Positions 15,111 through 32,471 of a stretch of DNA of 64,000 bases are shown piece after piece (position 1 is the first letter of the stretch; every line of letters begins with the position of its first letter). The stretch is from the human T2T-CHM13v2.0 reference genome, Homo sapiens. The position numbers and the translations under genes were made by a program. The notes under the pieces are model-generated. The model saw nothing but the letters and a program-made list of their open reading frames with translations, was not told the origin of the DNA and ran no database searches. Location of the stretch: the NCBI RefSeq assembly GCF_009914755.1, contig NC_060938.1; one strand, written 5' to 3'.

Positions 15111-16099
15111 TCTTTTTTTTTTTTTTTTTTTTTTTTTGCATCTGAAGGGGACACAACAGGTACTTGTGAATGTGCCCCCTGAAAGGCTTGTGCACACACC
15201 ACACTCAGAGGGTAGCCTGTCGCTGGTCTTCAGTGTTATATCCTCCGCCTCCAAGACCCCATGGGTCTCAGGCATAGGCTGGGTCTTCAGAAAGTCCTAG
15301 TGTCCTTTGTAAAAATTTAAATGACTTGGGATGCAGGCCTGGGATAAATAATCTCCCCAAAATGATATTTAAAGGTAAAGCTGAAAATTTAACAATGTGT
15401 AAGGTAAATGCTGTGTCTAATCGATTCTAAGACACCTTTAACGTCTTGGAAATTAGGAGGCAATTTCAGTGATGTCTCAGTCACCACTGGCCAGGTGGCC
15501 ACGGTGACAAAACTGACATGGTCATAACCAACTCATCTTGGTCCTATTTTCCTTTTACGTGTGTGTACAAAAATCGAATTCTTATTTAGAAAAGCTCTTT
15601 CAACAAGAGCGTAAGAAAAATTCGAAGTGGTGGCCCTGTACCGTTTGATTGCCTCGTGGTATATAAAGTAACTGTGCAGCTTTCATGGCTCCTGAGAGTT
15701 GATGAAATACAGCATACATGATGAGAAATCCTGTTCTTGTTTCAGAACCTCTGGCAAACTCCAAAGGACAGCCCTTAGGGAAAAGGCACAGTGTGTCCTG
15801 TGGCTGGTGGGACACAAGGCCAGATCAGGCTGAAGAAGTCCTAACCCACCTTTCAAAGTGGTAACAGATAAACCACCCAAGGCTTTCGGGAGGTCTTATA
15901 TACATGGAGAACGTGTTGAGTGCACCTGGGATCTCCCTGCACAAAGCAGCTTTCTACAAATCTGGCACATACGAGGCAGCCCAAAATAAGCTATGTCGCT
16001 TGTCTCTATGGTACCTGCACGAATGTCAGCTTTGGATATTGAGATATCTGCCCGGCTACATGATGAATGATACCTTTTGTTCTAAAACAACAAAAGTGG

Positions 16100-16390
16100 T
16101 TGGGCGTGGCAGCTCACGCCTGTAATCCAACAGTTTGGGAGGCTGAGGCGGGTGGATCACTTGACGTTAGGAGTTCGAGACCAGCCTGGCCAACATGGTG
16201 AAACCCCGTCTCTACTAAAAATACAAAAAATTAGCCAGGCGTGGTGGTGGGCGCCTATAATCCCAGCTACGTAGGAGGCTGAGGCAGGAGAATCACTTGA
16301 ACCTGGGAGGCAGCCAGGCTGCACTCTAGCCTGGGCAACAAGAGTGAAACTCCATCTCAAAAAAATTAAAATAAAATATAAAATAAAGTA
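16100..16390 (+). mobile_element. AluS with an internal right-arm deletion
   Basis: Alu dimer lacking part of the gaggttgcagtgagccgagatc segment. Confidence 0.88.
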
Positions 16391-16533
16391 ACAAAAGCAT
16401 TATGGGACAAAACGGTCGCCACGCTGAATTTCTACTTGGCTCGTAACACATCTAAGCGAAGGCGCACATGCAGTCACCCACCCCTGGCACGTTCCTGCAC
16501 ACGTGTGCACAGCCACCGGTGCGGGACCCTTCA

Positions 16534-16944
<411 letters not shown>

Positions 16945-17464
16945 TCAGGACAATGACGCTCATGACCATGGTAATCATATTTGGGGCTCAGGAGCTAGAA
17001 CTTAATTCTCAGTTTGGCACAGGGCTGGGGATGGTAGAGCCATGTGCATTGTGACAGAAATCCACTCTAGTCTCCCAGGATGAAGGAAGTGATGCCGTGC
17101 TTAATTTAGTTGGCAATTTTTCTGTCAAAAAGCCATTTCCATGAATCTCATTTTCTGCTAAAGTTAATAATCAGTGAAATAAGCTGGCATTCCCTTGACT
17201 CCTCCCTGGCACTGAGTAATCTGGGTGAGGTGGAGAGGGCAGAGGAGAGCAGGCTGTTTGATTAAAAATCAGTGCATTTAAAGAGTAAGCAATAACATCA
17301 CAGCGAGCTGGACACCGAGGGCATCCTGGTGTGACATGAAGAGAACCCTGCCTGTGCTCTCACCCCGTCTCTGAAACGAAACAGCATCTATTTATATTAT
17401 CACTCCAGTTTCTCATCTTGGCTTCAATTTCTGTGTCAAACAGAAGATTCAGACTGAGGTTCTG

Positions 17465-17799
<335 letters not shown>

Positions 17800-18469
17800 C
17801 AGACTGAGGTTCGGAAATTCTGTGGTTCTGGATTCCCAGAGAGACCTCAAGGGATTTGCAGTGATTTTGACTTCAAGGCTGGGCCAGGACAATCCGAAGG
17901 GACAATTCCTGGGGCTCAGGCCGTGGACAAGGGGCAGCACTGCTAGGGTGGGCCAGCCCCACTTGGGGAGAGCTGCTGCTCTCTGGGGAAGAGACATGTC
18001 CATGAAGCCACCCTGAGGTTCTGTGAATCCAGAAAAATCTGCATAAGGTCAAAAGGTTCCCACATTTGAAGACCATGGGGGCTGGGCCAAGTGTGCTGCC
18101 CAGGCATCCTCTCCAAAATAGGAACATGGGTGTCCAGGTCATGTTTAATCCTGAGACGAAAACCTGACAAGGCAGCCCCGCCATCCTGCTTGAGTGACTC
18201 CAGGACCACGGATGCTCTGCCCCCTTAAAAAAGGCTCATAGCTAAATGAAGCCTGTGTCTCATTGGGGTCACCAGACATTGGCCACCCCTCACAGGACAA
18301 GCTAGAGTACAGAGGCAGGCTGGAAGGATTCTGAACTCTCTCTGATGTGGGAGGCATCTGTGCACAGGTGGATGGTGCGGGGCCTGCCCTAGATGGCTGC
18401 TTTCACCCTGTGCACAGAAAAGGAAGCTTTTAAGTTCTGTCTTTATGCCACTACACTTAAATCAACTCA

Positions 18470-18598
<129 letters not shown>

Positions 18599-20482
18599 TT
18601 AAATCAAACAAGTGAATTTACTCATCGGCCCAGCCTGGAACCTGGTGTACCCGGGGCTGGTATTTTTCCAGGATTGAGATGAGGGTGCTCACCACCGTCA
18701 TGGTCACTGAGTTTGGAATACGGGAATGGTGGCATGCGCCGTGGGTTCAGGGAGCTCTATGACCCTGAGATTTACTGAAGCCCCTGGGACCCAGCTGTGA
18801 GCGAGCTCAAGGCAGCAAACTTCTAACAATCTGAAAACTCACGCTCGGAAGACCCAAGGATTCTCCTTCCAGGTTGTTCAAGACGTGAGATGCTCCTGGG
18901 GTCAGGCAGAACCTACCCCGCAGTGGTGACGGGGCGGGGTTCAGGGGGTACATATTAACAACACCTGGGCAGTGAGGTTGAAAAAGTCAGCTCAGCAAAG
19001 TCAGATGCATGACTCAGGCCCATTCCCACTCAGAAGCAAACTGAGAAGCTTTCAGGGGCCAGAAAGAGAAGTTAATGAGCACAGCAGGGCTGGAGAAACC
19101 AGGGGCGCTAGTGGGGACTGCAGTGAGCCCCTGTGCTGCCATCTCCGGCAGACCCTGCTGCCACAGGGGAATGAACCAGGGCACAGTGGGGCGGACTTCC
19201 CGAGATACCAGATGCCCAGATGATGAAGCCAAATCTCCCGATTCCTAAATATTGGAAATTGAGCCACTTTTCAAAAACTCTGCCAGGGACCAAAGAGATA
19301 TCTCTTGAATCTTGGGCGGGCTCAGGCACCTCTGCTTACCGGGGAGACCTTGGCCTTCCTCATACAAACAGAAAGCTTCTGTTTGCACTTAGGGAGTCAC
19401 GGGGCTGCGCCCACAGTGCATTCGGAGCCGCGCTGCCCATGGTACTGAGGACTGCTGCCCACTCATGCCTCAGCGCTGGGTGGTCTTGAGAGCCCAGACC
19501 CTTGGTTTCCTCGTCTGAAAACGAGGCCTTACATGAGAGGTAACAGCTCATTCTCGAAGCTGCCAAGGTCCTGCCCCAACTGAGGGCTTTCCCAAGAGCT
19601 CACGGTGAGGTGAGCCCCTGTAACAAGTGACCCCAGCCACGCTCCGCTCCCAGTCCCTTGACTCGACATCCGTGTGCTGGTGTTCTGTGCTCACGGCCGT
19701 GCTGCTGAGCCTTAAGCCTTGAGTGCTTCATGGCTGGGGTTGGCCCCACAGACTCACACGAACTCCAGGGCCCGGAGCAGGCCCCAGGAAGCCTGCCAAC
19801 CCACTGGCCTGGAGTAGACACTGTCTAATGCAAAAACGTCATCAAATAATCCCCCTGAGTGCTCCTATACTTCTTCCAGTTAGCACCTGCCCAACCTCTG
19901 CTGGCGATATTTTATCACCGGGATTATAGAGGGCCAACTTCAGGGTCATTTCCACCCCACAATTACAGTGTGCTTTTACATACAAACCATCCTCCCGAAG
20001 GTGGCACGCCAGCCCTAGACACGTAGGTGAAGCCGACAGAATAACAAAGGAGCATCGTTACATCAGAGAGTTGGGATAGCACACCAGTGTTCACTGTGAC
20101 CACAGTGACCACGTCCCACCACAAGCACGTCCCTTCTTGCCTTCCCCACACTGATGCCAGCACACCAATGCCTGCCCGGACGCCAATACCAGCCATTCCC
20201 GATCACGTGGAAGGACAGCCCAACCACCATGGCTAGGATCCAGAAACCACTCTAGATTCTCGATTCCTCGACTTCTGAACCACGAGATTCCTGGCACCAG
20301 GGTTCGTCCCCTTGCCTTCTATTTCTGGAAGCTTCCCTGGCCCTGCCAGAGTAGTATCCCTTCCAAAACAACTCCAGGAATCCAACATCTTTAGCTGGAC
20401 ATGGAAGCTACCACAGCTGAGCGCCCACCTCCTTTTCCAGCCTTCTCTCTGGGTGCCTCCTGCACATTCCCCGCACTTAGAC

Positions 20483-20852
20483 CACCTGCCACAGCTCACC
20501 TTCCCGTCCTCACCTGCCACGGCTGACCTTCCTGTCCCCTCACCTGCCACAGCCCACCTTCCTGTCCTCACCTGCCACGGCCCACCTTCCCGTCCTCACT
20601 TGCCACAGCCCACCTTCCCATCCTCACCTGCCATAGCCCACCTTCCCATCCTCACCTGCCACAGCTCACCTTCCTGTCCCCTCACCTGCCACGGCCCACC
20701 TTCCTGCCCCCTCACCTGCCATGGCCCACCTTCCCATCCTCACCTGCCACGGCCGACCTTCCTGTCCCCTCACCTGCCACGGCTCACCTTCCCATCCTCA
20801 CCTGCCACAGCCCACCTTCCTGTCCCCTCGCCTGCCATGGCCCACCTCCTGT
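20483..20852. repeat. Minisatellite, about 13 copies of a 28/30-bp unit cacctgccacggcccaccttcc(c/t)(g/a)tc(cc)ct
   Basis: Units counted directly; accounts for ORF 20312..21100. Confidence 0.95.
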
Positions 20853-21413
20853 GGGCCTCCCCCAGACCCCCTGGGGTAGCTGTGGACTTCAACTCCCCCT
20901 GTTTTTTTTCCATGCTTCATGTAACCCTTCACATCTGGCTGGTAATGGATGAAGCTCTGTTCACATTTTACCTCCCCCTACTGGTTCCTGGCTACCAGGG
21001 AACTGGTTCTGTGCACCTCACAGGGCCCAACAAGCCCACTTCCCTCCATCCAGGGGGACACAGGCAGGTGTACAGCACTCATTCCCAGCCTTCAGTTTGA
21101 ATTCTCCCCCTTGAGATACTTCAGTGTTCTCATGATTTTTTCAAGTGAATTTAATTCTAGAAGCAGAGAAAAGAAGTTTCTGGTGGTGGAAAGCGCCTCT
21201 GAAAGAGCAAACAAAAGCCAACTGAGAACTCTAGAAACTGAGAACATTCCAGGAAACTAAGGGCAGTCCGTGCTGGTGATCGGTCTGTGCCCTGCCCTCA
21301 GGATCCCAACGGGCCCAGGGGCTCCTCTCTGCATGGGAAGCCAGGACCTCCAGAGACTGAGGATGTGCAGCTGTGGTGAGGGTGCGGAGAGGGGTTCAGG
21401 GACTCCCTGCTTA

Positions 21414-21560
<147 letters not shown>

Positions 21561-21893
21561 CTAGAACACAGACCAACAGCGTCTCAGACACCATGTGACC
21601 CGGTGTTCCCACTGCTGGGAACCTAGCTCCCAAAGGAAGAAGGCCACTGCACAAAGATGTTCAACGCAGCATAATCTACGCCAGTGGAAACTTGGAAAGG
21701 GCCAAACGGCCAATAACGTGGGAATGGCTGAGTTCCCTCTGCAGCTGCATTGTTTAATCCAGATGTCCCTGGCAACATGGCTACTGAGCAGTAAAATGCA
21801 GCTAGTCTGAATCATGATGCACAAGTGCAAAATACGCAGCAGATTTTGAAGGCTTAGTACAAATAAAAAGAATACGAAAAATCTCATCAATAA

Positions 21894-22199
<306 letters not shown>

Positions 22200-22992
22200 T
22201 GAAGTCTGCCAACTTCTGTTCTAGAGTATGATTGGGGTGCAATGGGAAAATCACAGGCTTTGGATTCCAATGCGCGACTATGAGAAAGGAGGATGGGCTC
22301 ATGGGGCCACCGTAAGGACTGAGTAACATAGAGGAGAACACAGCAAAATGCCTGGTACACCGGAGGTGGGAAACATAGGCTGTCCCCTCCTCTTCACCCC
22401 ATAAGCAATTCTAACTTTAACTTCACCATTAAAAGAAAAACCAAAATTCTACCTGTTTTTAATATAATTATACATAATTTATGCATACAGTGAGAAGAAC
22501 TGGAAGGAAAAAGGAGGTGAAGCTATGGCATTTTTTCACTAAAAATACTTCTGTGATTGCCACTGCTATATTGCTTGGGCAAGAATTAAAACAAATACCA
22601 TAATAAAGCATTAGTCTCCCCAGTGTAGAGAACTGCACGAGGCTTGGGAGTCAGGCACGTCACAAACGTGGCAAGTCAGCGGTCTGCAGGGTGAAAGGCC
22701 GTCCCTGGAAACTCAGCTTTGGCCCAACAGAAAGACCCTGTGTGGCCGGGGGGGCCCCAGGGAACCAAGCCGGCTGGGCCCCACCCTTCAGCCCAAGTCC
22801 ATGATCCTGAGGGCCAGTGCATCCCAGTAACGATGGGGGAGCTGCTCTTCCACCTCATTAGATGCCGGGCAACAAACCAACCCAATGTAAGGCATATGGG
22901 CTCCTGGAGAGAGGCGGGTTAGGAGGAGCGGCGAGCACGGCTCCGAGCACAGCCACGCCCTCATCACTTCGCTTATGCTGCTTCGCTTCTGC

Positions 22993-23365
22993 CACAGGGT
23001 GAACCATGTCCCCAGAATTCATACAGTGAAGCCCTAAGCCCCAGTCCCTAGCATGGGACTGCATTTGGAGACAGGGTCCATAAAGAGGCCATTAAGTTAA
23101 AATGAGGCTGCCATGAGGGTGGGCTCTGATCCAATCTGACTGATGTCCTTTCAAGAAAAGGAAATCTCGACACGTAGATACTGGGAATGAGCCCGCACAG
23201 AGAAAAAGAGCACTGCCTGCAAGCCAGGGAGAGGCCTTGGGAGAAACCAGCTCAGCCCTGCCGGTTCACGGATCATGGACGTCCAGCCTCCCAACCGGAA
23301 GAAACCCACCTCTGCGGCTTAAGCCACCCGGCTTGAGGTCTTTTGCTCCTCCAGCCCAGGGAGAC
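22993..23365 (+). mobile_element. MLT1 (ERVL-MaLR) solo LTR
   Basis: catttggagacaggg...ttaagttaaaatgagg...gggtgggctctgatccaatctgactgatgtcctt...ttaagccacccgg. Confidence 0.75.
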
Positions 23366-24264
23366 GAACATGGTTTCCATGTGTGGCCTGTTTGGGGGGA
23401 CTGGTTTGTGCTGGACCTGGAGTTCTGCTGAACCCCTCCCCAAAAGCCACCATCCTGGCCACAGCCCTTCCCTTGTCCCCTCTCGTGACCTGTGTTCCAC
23501 CCTGAGTGAATCATCAGCATCTTCCAAAAAGTACCCCTGTCCATTTCTGTGCAAATCAGTCCTTCCCATGCAAAGCCTACCACACATGTCCAGCTCTTGC
23601 CAGTCCTTCACTTCATCAGCGTGACCTTTTCCACGGGGCCTGCGCTGCAGCCCCTGAACTGAAACCTCCTGGAAGATCCTGACGCACCTGCCTGTGACAG
23701 CACAGCCCCTGGGGGCGAGGATTCCACAGGCAGTGCCGTGGCCTTTGCCTCCATCCCGCCTCCACCCCCGTGGGGCCCTCAGGGTCCCAGGGTCTCTCAT
23801 TCTCAGGGGGCAGCACAAGATCTGGGTGGGTGGCTGTGACAAGGCATCTTGGCACCCTGCGCCTCGGTTTCCTCATTTGTGATGTCTCACAGGGCTACTG
23901 AGGGATCTGGGCAAAAGGCGTCTGAGACTGTTTCTCAAAGAGCAAACCTTGTCCTGAGGTGCCAGCTGTCCCTGGGGCTGTCTAGGAGGTGGGGTGAGAC
24001 CTACGTGCTCCTCCCTGCCAGACCTGCCTCACCAGCCTTCCATGTGCTGAGGTCTGTTAAGATCTCATCTGGAGAGGGTCTTGCTGCGTGAGGCCATTTC
24101 CAACCTTGTGTACTAGAAGGGACGGCTCTGGAAGCCAGGGACTCCCGAGTGAGCTCCGTCCCAGAGGCAGCCACACCCCAAAATGGAGCAAATTCACACC
24201 ACTTCTCTAGGACAGTGTGACTACTGAACTGAAGAGATGTAGGAAGACAGTATAGACACAGCTA

Positions 24265-24852
<588 letters not shown>

Positions 24853-25396
24853 TCACAACCTCTCTGGGCTTTTTTTTTTTTCCATGCATAAAATAAGGAG
24901 CTTGGACAAAACTGTCCATCAGCAAACTGTGTTCTTTGGGGATGCATGAGGGTACCCCTGATGCCACTACACTGAGCCTCCAGGGAGACTGAGCAGGCAA
25001 GCTCAGACACCTGTTTCAACACAGCATCACTGCTACCATCACTTCCATGCTACAGCTTTGGTATCTGTGTACACTTGAAAAACAAGATTCTGCTGTTTAA
25101 AAAAATGTTTAAACCACTAAACTAGACCATTTTTGCTCTAAAATTCTGTCTCTGCCCAGCTCTTCTTCCCAATTCCAAGCCCCTTTCTAATTTCAGCTCC
25201 TGAGATAAAGTGTGAGATGGTGTGTATTATGTAAATCTACTAAAATTGCTATCATCAAAACAACTATTATCCAACTGGGAGTTCTCTGGAGATTTATATC
25301 AGAAAGCTCATTACCAGGGTCTTGTGGACTTGATTTGGACATAGACGTGTCTTATTTGGCCTGTACAATTTTACTTTTTAAAAACAAATTAGTTGA

Positions 25397-25787
<391 letters not shown>

Positions 25788-26235
25788 TTAGTGGCCAGCA
25801 TTAAAAAATTTGAAGTTTACATCAATACCCAAACATTCAGGTTCTCTTAAAATATAAAAAACAAAAGGCTGCCCAGGCAGTCCCGGGCCCGCCTCCAGCT
25901 GGCGGCCTTTGCTGGAGCCGATTCTCTGCTGCCCTTTTAGACGATGTGCATTCTCCGTTCAACAGTCTGTGGTCTATGTCTGGTACTGTTTCACCCATGT
26001 GCTTTATTTGCCTGGGGAGCCAAGGTAACTGAGTTTCTAACCCCCCGTATACACGAACTCGAGTATGTGGGAGGAGGAAGAATTTCGTATGGTCAAGCCT
26101 TTGCAATGAGACAGGACCTGGATTCCATCCTGACTCTGCTATTCACTAGAAACACTGACTCGGAACAAGTTATTTAATCTCTCCCAACCTGTTTCCTCAT
26201 CTGTTAAAAAGAAAGCCAAAAAGATAACAATAGTA

Positions 26236-26848
26236 TAGTCGATTCTCATTATGTGTGGTAGTCACATTCTATAAAGTTGCTGTAAACACTGAATTAGTGA
26301 ACAGCGAAGCATCCAGCCTAGGGAAAAAATATAGAATTAGGTTCCCGGGAGCCTCTGGCCACATTTTTGTTACTGATCAATACATAACCTTGTTTTATGT
26401 GGGTTTCTGTTTGAAGATACCTTATGCAGCAATTCACAGCCAACAGCACTATAACTCATGCCTGAACAAAGCTTATCTAAGACTTTTTCTCTGTAAGGCA
26501 CATCACAGCCACCTTCTGCTTAGGGACATGAAACAGCACTTCAGTACTACAATTGTGGGTCATTTTAAACAGCAAAGTCACTTCCCGAAAGCACAAAATA
26601 TGAAAACCGTGGCATTGAAGAGATTCTGAAAGGGACATTTGTTTGCAGTAGGAGCTGAAACAAGAAGGCAGCGTGTTGTCGTGTGTGCCCTCAGCTGGGA
26701 AGGTGCGCATCCAGTGACTCCCGCATTTCACCACTCTGTGCGTGTCCACGAAAGCCCCACGGAGACTGGTCTTGGGGCGGCAAATAAAACTTTAGCAAGT
26801 AGGTGGATTCACAAATAGGGGTTCTGTGAATCATGAGCAATCTGCAGT
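26236..26848. mobile_element. MER82-like TcMar-Tigger DNA transposon
   Basis: tagtcgattctcattat...cactgaattagtgaa...gagcctctggccacattttt...gattcacaaata...gaatcatgagcaatctg. Confidence 0.7.
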
Positions 26849-27167
26849 TTCTCCTTCATGAGCAAGAGGCAGGCTTATGCCAGATGATGAATTCACCTGT
26901 GCCTGATGCAATCCTCACCACAAGGGTGGGAGGGGAGAACCACTTAACTCAGACGACGCGCCATCCCCAGGTGTCACCTGAGTGCTCTCATGCCAGCAAC
27001 CAGCTAGAGTTGCCCTTTAGCTTATTTTACCCACCCAGCTGTTCACACAGCAAGGGATAAAAATCCACGATCGCCAGGGGACTTGAACTTCTCAGTGGTT
27101 GCTATGCAAGGAGAGTCTGAACAGAATCTGGGGTGCTGCTATGTGCAGGGCCGGGCGCCGGCGCTCA

Positions 27168-27371
<204 letters not shown>

Positions 27372-28676
27372 TCACATCCCAGAGGATCTGCGTGCCTCCC
27401 GTGAGAAAATGGGATTCCTCTGGAGAGTCTCTCTGCAGAAGTGAGGGGCATGGGGCAGGGAACAGGCGGGGAGCGCAGCCACTGGGAGCCATGTCAAGGC
27501 CAGCGCCAAGCCCTGGAGCCCAGAATCCTCTTCCTCCAGCCCGTTCTGTCTCCATAGTCCCTCCATGCCCTGATAAAGCAGTCGCTCTTCCTTTAGCCAC
27601 CTGACAATGCGATGACTACATTTTCTGAGCTCCATGCCCTTCTCTTTTAGGGAATTATAAATACGCTACTAGGTAGTTCACTAAGCACAAATAAATCTAA
27701 GAGAAACCACAAAACAAACAGTGGAATTCCGCTGCACATCACAGCTAATCTCACCCTCCAAGGGCTGGAGAAGCCTCTCCCTCTCCCCTTAGGAGCCTGC
27801 ATCCACTTGTTCTTAGTCTGGCCTTCCCCAGGGGACAGAGGCTCACCCAGGAGCTGCCAGGGACTAGTTGTCACATACACACAGCAGCTCTCCTCAGGCG
27901 CCTTAGCCACAGCCCTCACCGTCCCCACAACTTTCTCCTTACCCTCAAGGCTCTAATCTTCTCCAGGCTCTAATCTATCTTTGTCGGCTGCACTGGCCAT
28001 CTCTTGGGGGGCAGAGTACAATGATGTAGCCCCATAGGTCCCGGCCCCTCCCCTTCCCAGCCTGTTTCAACCTCGTGTGTTCACGGGTGACCCAGGATCT
28101 CCTAGCAGACTGGAAGTGTTGAGAAGTCTGAGGCACAGTCTCCTGATCTTTCCCATTCAGGCAAATTCTTCTCTACAGACCCCTTCCTGAGTGTCTCACA
28201 CCCAAAGACAATCTGACAGAGGCTAGCCAGTGTCCCTGGGGTTTCTGGCCTTTCTCTTCAGGACTCCACTGCACCTTGTTGGAAAAGCACATTAATCAAG
28301 CATGTCTCTAACCATTAGCAATGACCCAACTGTAGGGCAGAAACTTTATAACTCTTACTCACCACTGAATCCCCGTGTGAGGAATGACACGTAGTGAATG
28401 CTTGTTAGAGCAATGAGTGGGTGAGCGTCTCCGATTTTAGTGTCAAATGAGAAGAAGAGAAAACCATCATCCTTGTGTGCCATGTACCTACACTCCTAAA
28501 CCTGTAGCCCTGCTGCAGACACAGCAAGGGAGCCTCCAGTCATCTGTCCAACCAGCAAAAAGCACTGAGTAACTACCACATGCTGTACTGAGCAAGGACC
28601 TGCAGGGAAAACAACAGTCCAGACTCCACCTGCCAAAACCTTTGCTCTCTGAATGCACATTAAGAATACAATAAGG

Positions 28677-28997
<321 letters not shown>

Positions 28998-30399
28998 TTA
29001 ATACGACATAACATAACACTAAGAATAAGGCACGCAAGTGCCTGGTGAGTGCTGGGCATCATGCTAGTATCAGACTTACACGAATGCTTCATTAGTTTGT
29101 CAGCTGGGTGCAACTCCTACCATGTCTAGACACAGCACCACGTACACAATAAATGTCACACAAATAACAAGATGGGTGGGGGAAGACGAGGGAGAGATCA
29201 AAGTGAAAAGAGGCAGAAGATGCTACTTTAGGCCGGAAGGAGTAGTCTTATAGTTTCAGATGCCTCAACAGCCCCTGAAGGATGGAGATCTGGATGGATA
29301 AAAGGGGTGAAGAACTCCAGATAGAGACAAAAAGGAAGCACTTGGCAAGTGAATAAATGAATGTCATCACCACCCATGAACCCACAAGCATCATCAGCGC
29401 CCGCACAAGGCTTTTGTGATTCAATGACATTTGTGGCTCCTGACCGTGGAGATGTCCTCCCCACTCCCACCTTGAAGAACCAACGATCACTTAGCCATGT
29501 TGTTGAGGCGGCTCCAAAGGATATACCATCAGCAGGGCCATTTCCCAGGCAAAGGAAGTAGATCTTGCTCCCTCTGTTGTACTCCAAGTACCTGAGAGCC
29601 TCTCTTTAGCCATGTCTCTCTCATGCATCAGATTCAGGTGCACATCACACCTGCCCCTCAGACTCTGGAGAGCAGCATCCTACCTCTCCTAGCCCTCCCT
29701 GGATCCTGCCATGCCCTGCGCAGGTGCCTGGTACCATCACTGATCAGCAGGAGACAGAATCCCAGCCCAGATTGGCTGACTTAATGAATACAAAACCCAA
29801 GACCATGAACTGTCAAGAGTGCAAAGTTAAGATGTGTGCATTTCAATGTAAGTTTTACCTGTAAAAAATGGGGTGAGGGTGTGGAGAGTGGGAGGTGCAC
29901 ATGAAATGAGAACAGCAGGACATAAATGACTGTCGAGAGTGCATGATGCATACACAAGAGTTTCACTATATGATTCTGCTTCCTTTCTATATGTTCGGAA
30001 GTTTCCATAATTAAAGGTTAAAAATGAAAAAAAGCAAGCGAGACCTTGATATGAAAGAGAAGAGCTGGGAGGCCAGAGAAGGCATACCCCTACAAACGGA
30101 GCCGTGGAGAATTCCCTCCTTATTTCTGTTTTGGGGAGAAAAGAGACAGAAGAGAACCCTTAGGGATCAGGGCCCCAAAGGCCCACTGGAAATAGTAGAG
30201 GCATCCCCTTCTCCACACAGGAGCCCCTCTTACTACTGTCTTCAGTTGCACAAATTCCAAATTGCTAAAGGTAACGTTTATTTCCTTCCTTTTGGGAAAG
30301 CTCAGGTGCCCCAACAATGGGAAGCAGCTGGCCAAGAGATTTCCTGCAGGGGAGGTCCAGGGAAGTCCCAGTCCTCCGCGCAGCCTGACAGACTCCCCA

Positions 30400-30940
30400 G
30401 GCCTGGCCTCAGGCCCCGCTGCAGGCCTACCCAGGGGCCCCACCTCCACCCTCCTTCACCTCCCCTCCCCACACACCCTGCCTCTCCCCCGGGCCCTGCC
30501 CACTTCCCCAAAGCCCTGCCTCTCCTGAGACCCTCTCCTGAGACCCCACCTCTGCTCCAGGCTCCACCTCTCCTCCAGGCTCCACCCTTCTCACGAGGCC
30601 CCCGCCTCTCGTCCAGGCTCCACCCATCTCCCCCAGTCCCTGCCTTTCCCACAGGTCCTACCCACCTCCCCCAGACCCCGCCTCTCTCCAGGCTCCACCT
30701 CTCTCCCCAGGCTCTGCCTCTCCTCCAGGCTCCACCCCTCTCCCCAGGCCCCACCCCTCCTCCAGGCTCTATCACTCTCCCCCAGGTCCCACCCATCTCC
30801 TCCAGGCTCCACCCATCTTCCCCAGGCCCTGCCTCTCCCCTAGGTCCCACCCATCTACCCCAGGCCCCACCTTTCCCCCTGGGCCCAGCCTCTCCTCTGG
30901 ACTCTACCCCTCCCCAGATCCCCTTCCTTCCCCAGGCCCT
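30400..30940. repeat. Degenerate C-rich minisatellite (about 18-19-bp unit ccaggctccacctctct[c]) abutting the exon 20 donor
   Basis: Repeated ccaggc(t/c)ccacc/ctgcc units; accounts for Pro-rich ORF 30024..30995. Confidence 0.9.
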
Positions 30941-30941
30941 A

Positions 30942-31286
<345 letters not shown>

Positions 31287-31544
31287 TCAAGTGCTCGAGC
31301 AGACACGAAAATAGCCGGGACCCTCAGGGCAGAAGACCCAGAGGGTACCCAGGATGGCTGTTCCAGAACTTAAGCAACTGCTGTGGGAAGGGGACTAAAC
31401 CGCATAGACGGGCACTCAGAGGGTACTTCAGTCCTGAGCCACTCGCCACAAATGTGAGCTGCTGGGGCAGATGATGTCCTTTCCCTGGATAACTCCCTTG
31501 TGTGCTGTGCCCTCTCTGACTATTTTTTAAAAACCTCTTTTCAG

Positions 31545-31835
31545 CTGACTGTGGTGGCTCAGGCTTGTAATCCCAGGACTTCAGGAAGCAGAAGCAGGAG
31601 GGTCACTTGAACCAAAGAATTCAAGACCAGCCTGAGCAACATAGTGAGACCCCATCTCTACAAAAAAAAAGTATTTTTAACTTAGCTGGGCATGGTGTTG
31701 TATGCCTATAGTCCCAGCTACTTGGGAGGCTGAGGCAGGAGGACTGCTTGAGCCCAGGAGTTGGAGGTTATAGTGAGCTATGATTGCAGCACTGCACTCC
31801 AGCCTGGGCGACAGAGTGAAACCCTGTCTCTTACA
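31545..31835 (+). mobile_element. AluJ
   Basis: Diverged Alu dimer. Confidence 0.87.
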
Positions 31836-31869
31836 ATGAAAACAGAACCTATTTTCTAGAACAAGTATA

Positions 31870-32070
31870 CAGAATATCTGTAAATAAGGATATAGAATAC
31901 CTGAACAATACTATCAACCTACTTAACATAATTGATATTTGTATACCTCTCCATCCAACAACATCCAAAATCATCAGAAAACTGAAGAGGAGGGAATACT
32001 TCCCAAATCATTTTATGAAGCCAGAATTACCCTGATATTAAAACCAGATTAAGACTGTAAGAAAAATTCA
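31870..32070 (+). mobile_element. Old L1 ORF2 fragments
   Basis: gaagaggagggaatacttcccaaatcattttatgaagccagaattaccctgata is typical L1 ORF2 sequence. Confidence 0.7.
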
Positions 32071-32202
32071 AAATAGTAAGTCAATATACTATTTTCTTGT
32101 TACCAGAACAAATTCCGATTTCTTTGCCAAACAGTTTCCTGTTGATTGTCCTTGCCCCATAAGATACATATTTTCAAACTTTTCTCAGAAATTGCAATAA
32201 AA

Positions 32203-32471
<269 letters not shown>

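Noticed and set aside
20312-21100. 262-aa repetitive ORF
   Set aside because: Translation of the 28/30-bp VNTR.
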